Assembly (NCBI GenBank): GCA_965153285.1
Contig: OZ229110.1
Length of the DNA: 64,000 bases
From: Podarcis tiliguerta
Lineage: Eukaryota
Direction: 5' to 3' (one strand)
The translations under genes were made by a program, and so were the position numbers. The notes beneath the pieces were generated by a model. It ran no database searches, had not been told where the DNA came from, and was given only the letters and a program-made list of their open reading frames with translations. Shown here piece by piece: positions 35,301-48,341 of this stretch (its first letter is position 1; each line of letters starts with the position of its first letter).

Positions 35301-38300
35301 AAATTTAAAACAATATCAGATATCTTTTGACAGCTTTGTTTTCAACAAAAATGTATGGACGCAATCCAAACATATGTAAATATTAAAATATCTCTTCCAG
35401 GGTTCTTGCCTTTGCTTGCAAAATGAGTCAAAGGGTGGGGGACTTCAGGGTCAGGACACTGAATGTGACAGCCAGCAAATGATTCCAGAGCAATACATAT
35501 TCACCCAAATGTCATATCTTGACCATAGCATGCATACTTAATCTTGAAAAGCTGAACAGGCCTAGAAAGGGGCACTTCAGTTCCCTGCTCTATATGCAAT
35601 CTCTCTGTGTATAGGTTCCTATATGAACTATCTAGTCATCCTGAGCCTTCCTACCAACCTTTTCAGCTGATCAGAAGTGGACAGAGGCCGGTGGATTCCA
35701 GTCAATTTCTCTCTCTCTCTCTCTCACGCACACGCACACACACACCTATCCCCACAAGAATTGAGGAATTTTCACTGAATTCCTTTGTAAAGGCTTGTAG
35801 CCAAGCCCCCAGCCTTCAATTTTTCTTAAATACCTCAGTTGTCAACACAGCCAACTTAATATTTCCAAGTTTCATGACAGAGTAATATGACCATCATGAC
35901 TAGAATTATGCAAACCATCAAGCTTCTTTCTTCTTCTGGACTGTTATGGTCTTCAGGCCTGCATAATTCAAAGGAGTTTTTTTGTTGTTGTTTTTTGAGA
36001 GGCATGTTAATAGGTGTATAATTCTGTTTTGATTAATCAATAGGTGCATAATGGCCAGTTGCAACTAGAAATGAACAGGAAGGTTAAAAACCCAAAGCTA
36101 TTTAGTTTTAACATTTTTATACGGTCTTTCTGAAATAGGTCACCCAAGGCAATCTACAAATATGCCAAAACCAAATGACACCAAGACAGCCCACCAGCCA
36201 AGCAGCATGCAGGATCTCAGGGCTACTCATAAAGCTGTAACACAATGCACTGTGGGGACAATGAAGCCCAGAGCCTGTGATGTAGTTTCTGCTGGTGCTG
36301 GTGCTGTGCACCAACCTATTGCCTAAAAAGTGCAGCAGTGCTGAAGGGTTACATGCACTACATCACTCAGGGTAGGATGGAGGTGGATCTGCCAAGCACA
36401 TCATTGTGTGCCTGCCTATAGAACATCTGGCTGCTAACAGCTGCTGCAAGACCAGCAGTCATTCATCGCAAGAAGATTGCCGTTACACAATGGCATGCAA
36501 ACTACTCCAACTCAAAAAGATCAGGTTGGAAAAAAGGTGCTTAATTGAGTGAGGGCTCAGTGAATGATATCTGGGGAAATAAAAATAAGACACCTTAGTG
36601 CTGTGTTTGATCATATCTGGATTTTCCAACTGCAAGCAGTAGGGTTGATTTTATGACTGCCATTATTAAGCATTTGCTACTATTTGTACTGCTTTGTTTT
36701 TGCCGCAATTAATTATAAGTTTGCAGATTTAATTGTTGTTGCTGTATGCATTATTGGGCACCCGAGTATCCCTAGTGGTTGAAGGTGCAGGATATACATT
36801 ATGCAAGCAAACAAATACAATTGTGTCAAGTGCTGGCTTATGAACTAGATGACTTTTGGGTCCTTTCCAGCCATACAATTTAGTGGAGCATGGCAATGGC
36901 ATGATAATGACTGGAACTGTGTTATGATAAGATGCAACCATGGCACCACCTCTAGCCTGGCACACACTAGCATGCAGTGTTTGGGTGGCCACTTAAAATG
37001 GCACTGCATTGTGGGTGGGGGCAGACAGCTGTTCCATATGTCCTGTTTTTCATGTACCACTGCTCATCCTGAGAATCTGGCTATTATCTCCAGATTCTCC
37101 TAACTTTGGTTAGGAGCAGGAGGAGGGAACAGACTCCATTTAGCAGCTGCCAGTGGCACTGCAGAAAGAGTCAGATAAAGGCTATCCTGTTTCCACTGCA
37201 ACAGTATAGCTTCTCTTTTTCTCCAAGCTACCCAAGAGCCACTCAAAGGGAAGCACATTGAAAGGTTCAGAGAACCCAAATCGCGGAAGAACTGCCAAGA
37301 GGTACAGTAATCCAAATTCCCATTGGTGCCAAGTCCTTAAAGCCAGAGGAGAAGCAGCTCCGTTCCTCTTGAATTCGTTTATTCTTGTTTAATTTTAATT
37401 GTTTTTCTACAGCATTTTTAGCTGGCATAAAGCTTTACCATTCTTATCTGGAAATGGACAGTAATGGCCTCCTGGGAGTAGAGAAAAGCACTCTGGAATT
37501 ACAAGCATCTGAGAACTTCTCCAGAAACACTTGTATTTGTTAATATTTTACCCAAATTAAGCTCTCATTTCTGATACAGTCCAGTCGCTTGTAATGCAAC
37601 TAATGACCAAGAAATGTTTGCAAATAAAACCAGCAGCTATTAGCTCTCCAGCAGAACAGGAAGCAGCAAGTGCTGTTTCGGGTCATATGAGATGCTGACG
37701 CATAAATAGGCAAGTTACAGGAAATCAGTGTTGTTTAGCAGGCAAAATACTGGGTTTCAGCTTTTAGAAGAATTCAGTTCCTATATCCATGTTCCTAATT
37801 TAATCGCTGCACCATCAAGTGATGACTAGCAAGTCTCAGTGAGTCAGCTCACATCCAAGACCGCAAATGGAACTTCCAAACTACCTCAAACTATCTCAAG
37901 ACACTTATCTTTTGAAAACCATGGGATCCATTTATACATTCACCCACATGTTGAGAAATATGAGTGATGCACGCTCATGTATGAGCCAATCCTCGGTGGG
38001 ACAAGTCATCGCCCTTCAGCTTCCCCCTTTGTTAAATGTGAGCTCAGGTAACGTTGCAAGCAAAGGTGGAGGGCAAGCAACATTAAAGGTTGTCACACAC
38101 TTTGCGCAAACCAAAACAAACCAAAAAGTGGCACAGCACAGAGAAAAAGATGGGAAGGGCAACACTTGTGCCTAGCTTCAGTAAACAATGGCTTATAAAG
38201 TCGAAAACATACACATCAATGCTACACAAATATAATAGGACTTCTGAGCAATCCAGTTACTTAAAAAGTGAGGCAGACTAGCCACCTTCGCCATCAGTGT

Positions 38301-40998
38301 TTTCAGATTGGTTGCTTCTGGAGAGTTATCAAAAGCTGGAGAAGACAACCTCTTTAAGTTTTGTGTCCCTGCTTCTGGAGCTTTCTCTTAACCTTCCAGC
38401 TGCTTGACTAAGATGGACTTCTGAAAGCTCCCATCATCTTCCACCTCCTCCTCCTCTCCCAACTTCCGCCACCTTCTCTGCCCTTCTGGAGCAGCAGAAC
38501 TGTCAGAGGCTTTATTTATCTCAGGCAGTAAAGGCTTCCTAGTGCTCATGCTCAGAAAAGAAGCACCAACAGAAGCTCACAAAGTAGCAAGTGGGGACCC
38601 CTGGTGGAGCCCACTTATGCTCTCCCAAATATTTCTAATTTAATGGACGTGCCACTGAAATTTTGGTTTGCAGAACAAGCCAGACTACATGTACGTGCAC
38701 ACATGCATGGTAAGAAGACACAATTTCAGCTAGACTTTCTGCAGCAAACATGCCATTAGGTTAAAACGTTGAAGTGCCTTCTTTGGGGCTTCCTGTTTAG
38801 ATGCAAGAGGGGCTGTGGCTGCTCCCTTCCACACTGCAGCCAGGGTAGGACGTGCAAGCGCCATGCAGCGGAGGGAGAGAAGCCTGAATCAGCCCAGATT
38901 TCCAAGCAAGGACTGGTGGCTTAATCAGCCCTCAGGCATTCTCTGCTGCTGCGCTTGTTTCCTGCCTGAGGGAACACAGGAAGCGGGCATTGTTGAAGTC
39001 TCAATAAGCATTTCCTCCTTGTCTGAGACATCGGAAAGAGAACTGTGCACCTGACCAGGTCCGATAAAAAGAACTTGGCTGAACATATGAACACAACTCG
39101 CTGCCCAGTGACTTCCACCTGATCTGTATCAGCTGTGTCAGACTGACAGCGTGAGCTGCTGGGGTCTGCAGTGGGCCATCCCATTCCTTCCGGCACATGT
39201 GCGCTCTTCTGAGTCACATGCAAGACGGGAAGGTAATGACCTCCCATTCCTGCAGTAACCTCCTGCTCAACTTTACTCATCCATGTTATTTGTGCAGAAG
39301 AATCCTTCCCCTCCCAGAGACCATCCTTCTACCAGTGGCAAAACCCATTCTGGCTGAGAGTGCAGGAGTTTCTAAACTTACAGAGCAGTGCACTACGCAA
39401 ATATGAAACAATCAGAGCTACCTTTAGCTAAAACTGTAACTTGTGATGGTTTGAATGAATGCCTCCAAGTTTCTTTCTCTTTTCCACCTTAGACTCTGGT
39501 TATTTTTTTAAGAGTTACTAAACTGAAATGCACTGCTTCCTCTGCCCTCCACAGAGACCACCAAGGGGCAGTTCACACAACCATCCTGTGTTCAAAACAT
39601 GGACAAGTTGCGGAAGTGATTCATCACAAAGTGGCAGCCATGATTTTGCATGCTATCGCTCAACTCACTTTCAGAAGGTTTGGAGAGGGTGCAAAGTCAA
39701 AGGCTATGCGATGATGAACCACTCGCAAACTGAATGCAACATGAATGTTTTGAGCCCTAAGCTATATATAAAACAGTAAAATAAACAAGTTAAAACTATA
39801 AAAAGCAGACTCTTCTGCTAAAGCCAAAGGGTTGCAGGGCCTCAGCCGTGAGTCAATTCTTATCCCACCTAACGTTTTAAGTTATGTGTTATGTGCAGGA
39901 ATGTAGCAAAAAGTGGGAGGGCAAGCAGAGGCCTTCCGACAGAGGAGGGAACTGTTCCATCCTAAGCAGGTGGGCTATTTCCCTAAACATTTTCTCCCAA
40001 ACCTTTATAATAATAAACCCCAGGTGCCCATCTCAGCTCTTTCCAAGCTTGCAGGAAAAGCTCTCCTTGTCTTACTGGGTGAAAGGAAGCTTTTTATTTT
40101 TCAAAATGGACCTGGGTTGGGGTTTTGACAGAGCCAGGGGTAGGGCTTTGGTATTAAGGAGTCGTGCCTCCAATATGAAACATGGACTGCAGCTGTGAGC
40201 CGAGATGCTTTGCATTTTGCGTCTTTTCACGCATGGAGCAAAAACAGAGAGGCTAAGAGAATACATTTAGCTGGAAAGCTCTCTTTGTGGGGCGCACACG
40301 GATCCTGATTTAGGCTAAAAATCAGTCAAGAGCAGATTTCAAAGGTGCCAGAAGGGGGGGAAGGGGGGAGAAGAATTGTGTGCTGTCAGTGTTCACTCAA
40401 TTAGCATTTCAAACATGGCAGCAACATCCTAAGCAAATATAATTAAAGTGTGCTCTGGAAGGGATGTTTATTTTAAGGGGCTACTAAATACGATGGTATA
40501 TATGTGCATGTGTGTGTGTCTGTATTTGATGAAACACAGTAGGTCAATTCACATCCCAGCTCCTTCCTAGAAAGTGCTGCCAGATCTTTAACATTCATTG
40601 CTTCTATTTTAAATGTGTGTGATATGTTCCAACTTGTATAGCTAGCCTGGACTGTATGAGAGCCCAGATGAAGGCTAGGGGGTATCACATACTTGTTCTT
40701 GAAAGAGTATTAAAAACAGAAGCAGCAAATGTTGAAAGAGCTGTAGTGAATTATTAAGAGTGGGAATTTGCCTATGACAGGGATGGGAAACCCCAGGTTC
40801 TAGAGGCAGATGTGGCCCTCCAGGCCTTTCTGTCTGGCCCTTTGAACTCTCCCCAAGCCACATCTCTAGCAGGTCTTGCTTCCTGCCCAAAATGTTCTGC
40901 CTGACTAGAATGTGTCCCTGAAATTTGATAATGCCTCTTGTTTTCCTGGATGGAGGACAGAAAGGGTTATGTGAGAGAAAACAGCTTATTATACAAAG

Positions 40999-42082
40999 GA
41001 AGGAGTGTGTGGAGTGTTAGGGGAGGGATAGTACCTCTGGTGGGGGGGGGGGACACTGTGTTCCTTCTGGGGTAGTTTGTCCACCTTTGGTCCCTACCCT
41101 GTGACTCCTAGAAGCTATCAGCATGTGACAGCAGCCACACCCCAGGAAGCGTCTTCAACTGGCTGGCTAAACCAGGTGAAGAAGAAGAGTTTGGATTTGA
41201 TATCCCGCTTTATCACTACCCGAAGGATTCTCAAAGTTGCTATCATTCTCCTTTCCCTTCCTCCCCCACAACAAACACTCTGTGAGGTGAGTGGGACCGA
41301 GAGACTTCAGAGAAGTGTGACTAGCCCAAGGTCACCCAGCAGCTGCATGTGGAGGAGCGAAGACGCAAACCCAGTTCCCCAGATTACGAGTCTACCGCTC
41401 TTAACCACTACACCACACTGGCTCTCAGGTGAGCGTGGCCTATGGGTCTTAAACCCTCAGTGAGTTAGGGACTTCCCCTGCATGTGAAATCAGGCTCTGG
41501 CAGGTTGAGCAGATGAGACTAATAGAGGGTCCAACAGTCAAGAAGGCTGTAGAGGGAAGTGAGGGGCAGGTGGGGCTTGTCAACCAAGGAAGGTAGCTCA
41601 TCTAGGAGAAGGGAAACTCTAATCCTTAACCTCTGCTGCATTGCAACTATACAGATTTGTGAGAAGGGCTTGAGTAGTAATCTCCAATAAAAAACCTTAC
41701 CAGCTGCCTTGCAGGACATCTTCAGTAGAAGAAAAAGATAAGGATAAAACGTGGTCCCTTCCAACTCTACAATTCTATGAATCTATAAAAGCTGCAGTGG
41801 AGCCCCCAAGGTGCCTTGTACGCCTCCTTCCAGCAACTGCTGTAGCCAAGCTGGTGTCAAATGTACTACTCTGCTTTTGTTGGAGCACATCAACAAGTCA
41901 AGAGGGCTGTCTTGTTATCCGTACACCCTGGGAAGGTCACTCAGTGCTGCTAACGCAGCAAAAACAACATAGGAGGCAGCAGCTACGAGTTACCAGTCTC
42001 TGCAGCCACAGCGGGCACTGTGATTCTCCAGCAGTTTGACTTCATCCCCATTGTCTTACAAGGCAGACAGATGCCAACAAAA
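40999..42082 (+). mobile_element. Non-autonomous RTE-derived retroelement (5'UTR-like part plus RTE 3' end, no ORF)
   Basis: ggaaggtagctcatctaggagaagggaaactct (RTE 5' motif) and ccattgtcttacaaggcagacagatgccaacaa (RTE 3' end); TSD atacaaag at 40991-40998 and 42083-42090. Confidence 0.65.
41180..41425 (-). mobile_element. Lacertid-type tRNA/CORE SINE (young) nested in the RTE-derived element
   Basis: Head gagccagtgtggtgtagtggttaagagcggtagactcgtaatctggggaactgggtttgcg and (CTT)n tail; TSD caggtga at 41173-41179 and 41426-41432. Confidence 0.88.
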
Positions 42083-42293
42083 ATACAAAGCTAAGAGTCA
42101 CATTCATTGCCCCGCCCACTTTTACCTCTAGCTCTGCTCACCACTGGCACCTGGCCCTCGGAAGGATACCCAGAAAGGAATGCAGCCCTCAGGCTGAAAA
42201 CACCTGACATGCTGCACGCCACCCACCACAGGCTTATCTCATTCAGTGTGTTCTAGAATATAACAGTGAATTATCAGAGGCTAGAATGTTCAA

Positions 42294-42637
42294 GGGACAC
42301 GGGTGGCGCGGTGGGTTAAACCACAGAGCCTAGACTCGCCGATCAGAGGGTCGGCAGTTTGAATCCCCACAACAGGGTGAGCTCCCGTTGCTTGGTCCCA
42401 GTTCCTGCCAACCTAGCAGTTCGAAAGCATGTCATGATATATAAATAGGTACCGCTCCGGTGGGAAGGTAAACAGTGTTTCTGTGCGCTGCTCTGGTTCA
42501 CCAGAAGTGGCTTAGTCATGCTGGCCACAAGACCCGGAAGTTGTACGCTGGATCCCTCGGCCAATAAAGCGAGATGAGCGCCGCAACCCCAGAGTCGACC
42601 ACGACTGGACTTAACAGTCAAGGGGTACCTTTACCTT
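42294..42637 (+). mobile_element. Sauria SINE, full length
   Basis: gggacacgggtggcgc head and tacctttaccttt tail; 12-bp TSD tagaatgttcaa at 42282-42293 and 42638-42649. Confidence 0.93.
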
Positions 42638-43239
42638 TAGAATGTTCAATGTCTAAAAGTCATTTGCCAAAATCTCCATGTAGCCTACAAGCATAGAGTA
42701 CTTTCCCAACTCAGCTACTTGTTCCCCCTTCCCAACAACCAACCAGGCAACCAGCATGTCCTGCCACTGCACTCCATCCTCTGCTTCTTGCCACTCACCT
42801 GCCACCTTGAACTACGCTGCTTCCTTCCCCAGCCCAACCCAAATCCCCCTGTGACTGCCTATGTTTGAAATCCAAAGAGTCCACATCACTGCTACCGCAG
42901 CCAGCTCTTCATCCTCTACTCCAGGGGTCATGGGAAAACTTGTTCTTCAGCAGTCCCCTAAGCATGTAAAGCCCACAAGGAGCTGCTTTTTGCAGCTCTG
43001 CTTCCATCGACAGTTGACGCGCTCAGCTGTTGTGTTTGGCTCACAAGACTAAGAGTGAGTGCCCCCCTCTTGTACCATAAGGGCTGGTCCACATGTCAAA
43101 AGGAAGCAGAACAAGGTTGCGTCTTGCATTTATTTTCTGGGACTTGTGGATCTCATGCAATGCACATGAGAGTCCCACTTCCCAAGTCAAAGTGCAGGTG
43201 AGGAAGGAGCATGAATCACTCATGTTTCCTCTTTTGCCA

Positions 43240-43290
43240 TTTTTATTTATTTATTTATTTGTTTGTTTGTTTGTTTGTTTGTTTGTTTTT
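43240..43290. repeat. (TTTA)n(TTTG)n compound microsatellite
   Basis: Read directly from the sequence. Confidence 0.9.
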
Positions 43291-45616
43291 GCAATAGGTA
43301 ACATGGCTCTGAAGGAAATACTCTACCAGAAACTGTGACTTTGCATGGGGATATCTTCACCACTCTCTGTACTAAGCTGCAAAACTCTCAAGGAACAGCC
43401 TGGAGTACATACAGGCTACAAATGCTTAAACCTGCAGCTACAGGAGTTGCCTGCAATAATTCTTTTTGGGGTCATGACTGCAGAATTCCAAAGAATGTTC
43501 TTCCATCTATTGGGCATGATAAAAGCTGAAGTCGCTGCCAGCAGATGAGGACCTAATACCAAATCATTACAAATGCAACACTGAAACATGAAAATCTATT
43601 ACTTACAAAGGCAACCCATCACATTTTTAAGCGCTTACCCTATTCATCAAGCCCATACTCCATGTCATACCAGCTCAGCAATTCCTGGGGTTCACATGAA
43701 CACATGGCACATGCATGGGCTAGCTAAGGTGTTAGGGATCTTTTCAAAATATGTTAGTGGTCACACAGAGCACCTAGATGAGTAAATGCTTTGTGAATAG
43801 CAGTATTATAGTTAAATATATAGGTATCAGGGAAGCCCACATTTCTATACTTTTTGCTAAACATTGCAACCCACCCTTTTCAAAAGTGTCCAAATCTGGT
43901 CTAGACATTACATCTACCACATGTTTAAGCCCACTGTGTGTTGTTTATGTTCATTTGTAATTCCTACCATGTGCAGCTAGCATGCTGGATCACTTCCACC
44001 TCAAAAACCCATTTCCCACATTCCGTGATTGCTTGGCATGGCAAAGTTTTCCTATGGGGTTCAGAAAGTTCATATGGGAGCAACATGATGGGAGGGGTGT
44101 TTCCAGGACTAAGGTGAAACTGTAAAGCTCCCTTGTTATTTTTGCTACTTGTTATTTTTGCTACTAGATGCTACATGTTGTTTAAGTAATCTTGTTATAT
44201 TTATAGTACTGAAATGTGGGAGCGTTGTATGTTATTGTATTTTTGTTTTGCTATGTTATTATGAAATTGTCACTATGGTATTGCTTTGTTATGTTATTAT
44301 GAAATTGTTGCTGTTACTATTTTGCTCTGTTATTATGGAATTGTTTTTATAGTGTTCATTTGAAATGCAACTCTGTTTCTTTGTTGCAGGCTGCTATGTG
44401 CAGGGGGGGGGGGTTGTGGGAAAGCGGCAAACAAATAAAATGAATGAATGAATGAACTGCTGAGTCTCATCATGTATCCGTCCAATCAGTTGGTGTAAGT
44501 GCCAAAACACCTGAATGTCTGAAGATGATTCTGTACCCATTTTTCTATGGTTGTGCTTGTGCTATTCACAGACCTGAAAGCATATGGTCCCCCAGACTTT
44601 GCTTTTAGATCCCTAATTTGCCAATTACCAGAAGTGAATTATGCACCACATTCACACCATATCCAAACTTTCCTGGTAAGGAAATTGAATGGAGTGATAT
44701 GATATGAATGATACCCTTTCTGGCACCTTTCCTGCCACAATAGAATGTGGGTAATTAACTGCACAGAGCAATGGTTCCATTTCATTCACACAAAGCTACC
44801 ATGGAACAAAAAGGTAGTAGATGCTAAGTGTGACATCCTGTGGCCAACTGCAAAACTACAGTCACTGAAATACCATTGAGAAGATCTAGGAAGCCTTGGA
44901 AAGACCATGAAGTGTTATGGTAAAAAGCATTATCGGCATCATTTCACCTCTGCTCCCGCCTCCCCACTGCCTTCAAAATTACCCACAGGGGCTACAAAAT
45001 GACTATTTACTTCACAATCACCCCGGTTCAACTTACTGCAGTATTACCATATGGATGCAGGACACTTCTAGTGTTTAGCCACATAGTGAATTTCAGGGTG
45101 CCTATGCTCTCCCATATATCTACGTGTCTGCTCTGTTACATGGTCAGATACTATAGACAGACAGAATGTGTAACGGACATGGTTACACGCACATGGTAGT
45201 AAGTTAGAAGCTCATCATTGATTGAGCAGTCATCTGTGGACACCTATTGGAGCTCCAGAACCTCCACATGGTCCCTCCTCCCCACACTTCTAAAATGGGG
45301 ACATCACTGTTCCTTGCTATAGCTTAGAATTTATCTCTGTATGTCAGATTTATATCCCACCTTTCTCCCAGGAAGCATGGACCCAGGTCTAGATGTGCTT
45401 CATTTCAGCAAGGTGGCAGCCTCATGTGTGTTCACACTATGCTCTTGAACACTGCTTCTTCATTTGGCTGAGGATGGAGAAGATTGCCCAGGGTGCTATA
45501 TATTTTGGCCAGTACCATTATACAGTTTATTCACCAAACTGAATCAGCTCTCCTTCCCCACCCAACGAACGAGCTATATTTCACATTCCAACCTTTCCAC
45601 GCCCAGCCTCACTCAC

Positions 45617-45731
45617 CTCGGCAGGTGCTACCCTCCCGGGTAATAGCCTGACGACATATCCCACATGGTTTCACTTTCTTGAAGCTCTTCACTTTGAAGG
45701 TGTGGGATGTGGATGCTTCAAGGTCCTCAGG
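45617..45731 (-). CDS. TNS1: Tensin 1 coding exon (115 nt), N-terminal part of the C1 zinc-finger domain
   Basis: Minus strand reads ttcctttcctccctgtag|CCTGAGGAC...ACCTGCCGAG|gtgagt, with a canonical acceptor and donor. It translates [38 protein letters not shown]+G, closely matching the TNS1 long-isoform peptide as I recall it ([28 protein letters not shown]...). Phase 0 start, phase 1 end. Missed by the ORF track. Confidence 0.93.
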
Positions 45732-45964
45732 CTACAGGGAGGAAAGGAAAGAGCAACAGCACTGTTAAAAGAAGTAAAAGTTCTCCATTTCGAAACCAGC
45801 GAATGGATTAAGAAATTACTAAACAGAGTTTGTGGAGTCCCTGCTTTTATCACCAAGGAGAGCCCACCCACCTCATCTAATGCATATTGTTACTCTTGCA
45901 ACACACTACCCAAGCAGTGACCAAACCTCTCCGGAGAAAGTGAAGAGGTTCTGCCAAGACACTA

Positions 45965-46310
45965 TTGAAAGATCTACAGTGGCTCCCAGTATGTTTCCGA
46001 GCACAACTCAAAGTGTTGGTGCTGACCTTTAAAGCCCTGAATGGCCTCGGTCCTGTATTCCTGAAGGAGCGTCTCCACCACCATCGTTCAACCTGGACAC
46101 TGAGATCCAGCGCTGAGGGCCTTCTGGCAGTTCCCTCACTGCGATAAGTGAGGTCACAGGGAACCAGGCAGAGGGTCTTCTTGGTAGTGGCGCCCACCCT
46201 GTGGAATGCTCTCCCATCAGATGTCAAAGAAATAAACAACTATACGACATTTAGAAGACATCTGAAGGCAGCCCTGTTTAGGGAAGTTTTTTAATGACTG
46301 ATGTTTATAT
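45965..46310 (+). mobile_element. L2 LINE ORF2 C-terminal fragment
   Basis: Encodes LKDLQWLPVCFRAQLKVLVLTFKALNGLGP, typical of the L2 C-terminus; same family as 60751-61898. Confidence 0.88.
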
Positions 46311-46317
46311 TTATATT

Positions 46318-46424
46318 TAGTTATAGTTATAGTTATAGTTATAGTTATAGTTAGTTATAGTTATAGTTATAGTTATAGTTATAGTTATAGTTATAGTTAT
46401 ATAGTTATAGTTATAGTTATAGTT
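46318..46424. repeat. (TTATAG)n hexanucleotide microsatellite
   Basis: Roughly 17 units with two small slips, directly after the L2 fragment. Confidence 0.95.
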
Positions 46425-47141
46425 ATTACTATGCTACCTAGGCCCAGAAAGGGAGTGATGAAGACAATGTGGCAGCTCCTTGATAATAAAGGGAATTCTC
46501 CACATGTCCAGGGACAAACTCCTTTCTGCCAGCCAGGAAATCCACAGAATTACAGTTCTAGAAACTGAATGACATGGGAGATCCAACAGCACGTCACAGA
46601 TCTCATTTTGCACAAAGAAACACACTGTCCCCACATGAAGGAAGCAAAGGACCCCAAGTATGTAATGATAGTTTTTACCCTATGTGTGAGGCCCAATAAG
46701 CATTTTCATCCCCTAGATACCGTATTGGCCCAAATATAAGCCACACTTCTTTTTTCCAAATTCTGACCCGGAAAAGTTAAAGTGCGGCTTATATTCGCAA
46801 CCTTACAAAAACTGGCTTTTTGATCGGCTGTGAGGTGGTGCACTGCTGCAGGGAGCCAATCAGCTGGTCTGCGATAGCGGCGGTGTTGGAATTGGCAGAG
46901 CTTGGCTGCAGCACTCGGGACCACACGGGCTCCGGATGTGCCACAGAGGCCTATCAGCTGTCAGGCGGTGTTCCCCCTAGCTGAGCAGCGGCTGCTACCC
47001 ATGCAAGGTTTTTCCTACCCAGCAGCAGTGTCCTATGCACTGCAATCTCCAATCAGCTGTGAGGCGGTTCCTTTACAGCTGGGCAGCGGACGACCACATG
47101 GGCTTCGTGGTGAGAGTGTGCTTGTTTGGGACAAGTGCTTG

Positions 47142-47392
47142 GGGGTTTTTTTTGGTTTAATGGTATTTTTTATTAAGTTTTCAACAAAAGTAACAAAATA
47201 AAAATAAAAAACAGACAGTAACAAATGCAATAACATCCATAAACAAAGAAAACTATACATAAAGCAATATCAAATCTATAAAATGGGATTCTCCAAATCC
47301 CGTGACTTCCATCCCCCCCCCTTCCTCTGGTTCCTTAGTTTTCTTTTTCAGTTGCATATCATTTCTACTCCAAATTATTTTTCTACCTCAAA
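47142..47392 (-). mobile_element. L1 3'UTR/tail fragment
   Basis: T-rich tail and gacttcc...ccccccc motif; TSD tgggacaagtgcttg (47127-47141) / tgggacgggtgcttg (47393-47407). Confidence 0.7.
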
Positions 47393-47450
47393 TGGGACGG
47401 GTGCTTGTTAACCCCCTTTTGATTCCCACCCCCAACCCTCCCTGGGCAAG

Positions 47451-47452
<2 letters not shown>

Positions 47453-47489
<37 letters not shown>
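47453..47489. repeat. (GT)n microsatellite
   Basis: About 18 GT units. Confidence 0.95.
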
Positions 47490-47491
<2 letters not shown>

Positions 47492-48341
47492 CCTCGTTGT
47501 GTGATTGCACTTCATTGGGCGAGTGCCTTTCAGAATTCTCCCCCCCCCCCTCCAAGTTTAAGGGAGTGGCTTATATTCAGGTGCAGCTTATATTCGGGCC
47601 AATACAGTAGTATGCATTTTGCACTCTTGAGCTCAATTTAAAAAACCCAAAACAAATGACACTATGAATTTGTGTTTTATATCTGGGAGTGCAAAATGCG
47701 ACATATGGAACAGCTCCAAGGTGCCAGCTGGTTTTGAAACATTATGCCACGTAATGTTTTGCTGCTCTTTGGTTTTATTGAAGGCTTTTAATTATCATGT
47801 CTTCTTATGGTTCAATGTACGCTGCTCTGGGTACTTCAGCTGAAAGGCTACTCATAAATATCATTCAAAAACAAATAAATGAGATCGTTTTTAAGGACTT
47901 CTAGGATCCGCAAGCACCAGTCGATATATAAAGCATATCCTTAAAGTGCAGTAAAACTGCTTCCTTGTGATTGGAGAGAAGCTGGGGGGGGAGGGCAAAC
48001 TAGATGGGGTGAGGTGGCCAATTCTTCACATGCCTCCCCCTTCAGAAATAAAATGCAGGAGAGACTAACGCTAACATCAAAAGGTGCACATAAGTGTGGG
48101 GAGCCACTTTGTCCTGTCTTTCTTCATTCCTTTTTTGCTTGCATGAAGGTTACACATCTCCCCATTTGGTGTTTATTCAACCCACACTTTCCAGTGCATT
48201 TGCCCATCGCTTTCCAAACTGCGAAATGTCCATTTAAAAAAAAAAAGTGTTTGCTGCACCATTGCACAAACCTAAATTTCTCACATGTGCTTGAATTTCC
48301 GCTGCAAAATACTGATCCCCTGGAGGCAGCCTTTAGTTCTT

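Larger units (their letters stand above)
40778..42200. mobile_element. Non-autonomous hAT element split by an RTE-derived insertion
   Basis: Left arm cagggatgggaaacc...atgtggccctccagg (40778-40998); right arm cacattcattgccccgcccactttt...gaatgcagccctcaggctgaaaa (42083-42200). Confidence 0.7.
46720..47607. mobile_element. Tc2/pogo-type non-autonomous DNA transposon with a nested L1 tail
   Basis: TA|ccgtattggcccaaatataagcc...gcttatattcgggccaatacag|TA. Confidence 0.85.

Noticed and set aside
46318-46424. Interstitial telomeric repeat
   Set aside because: The unit is TTATAG, not TTAGGG.
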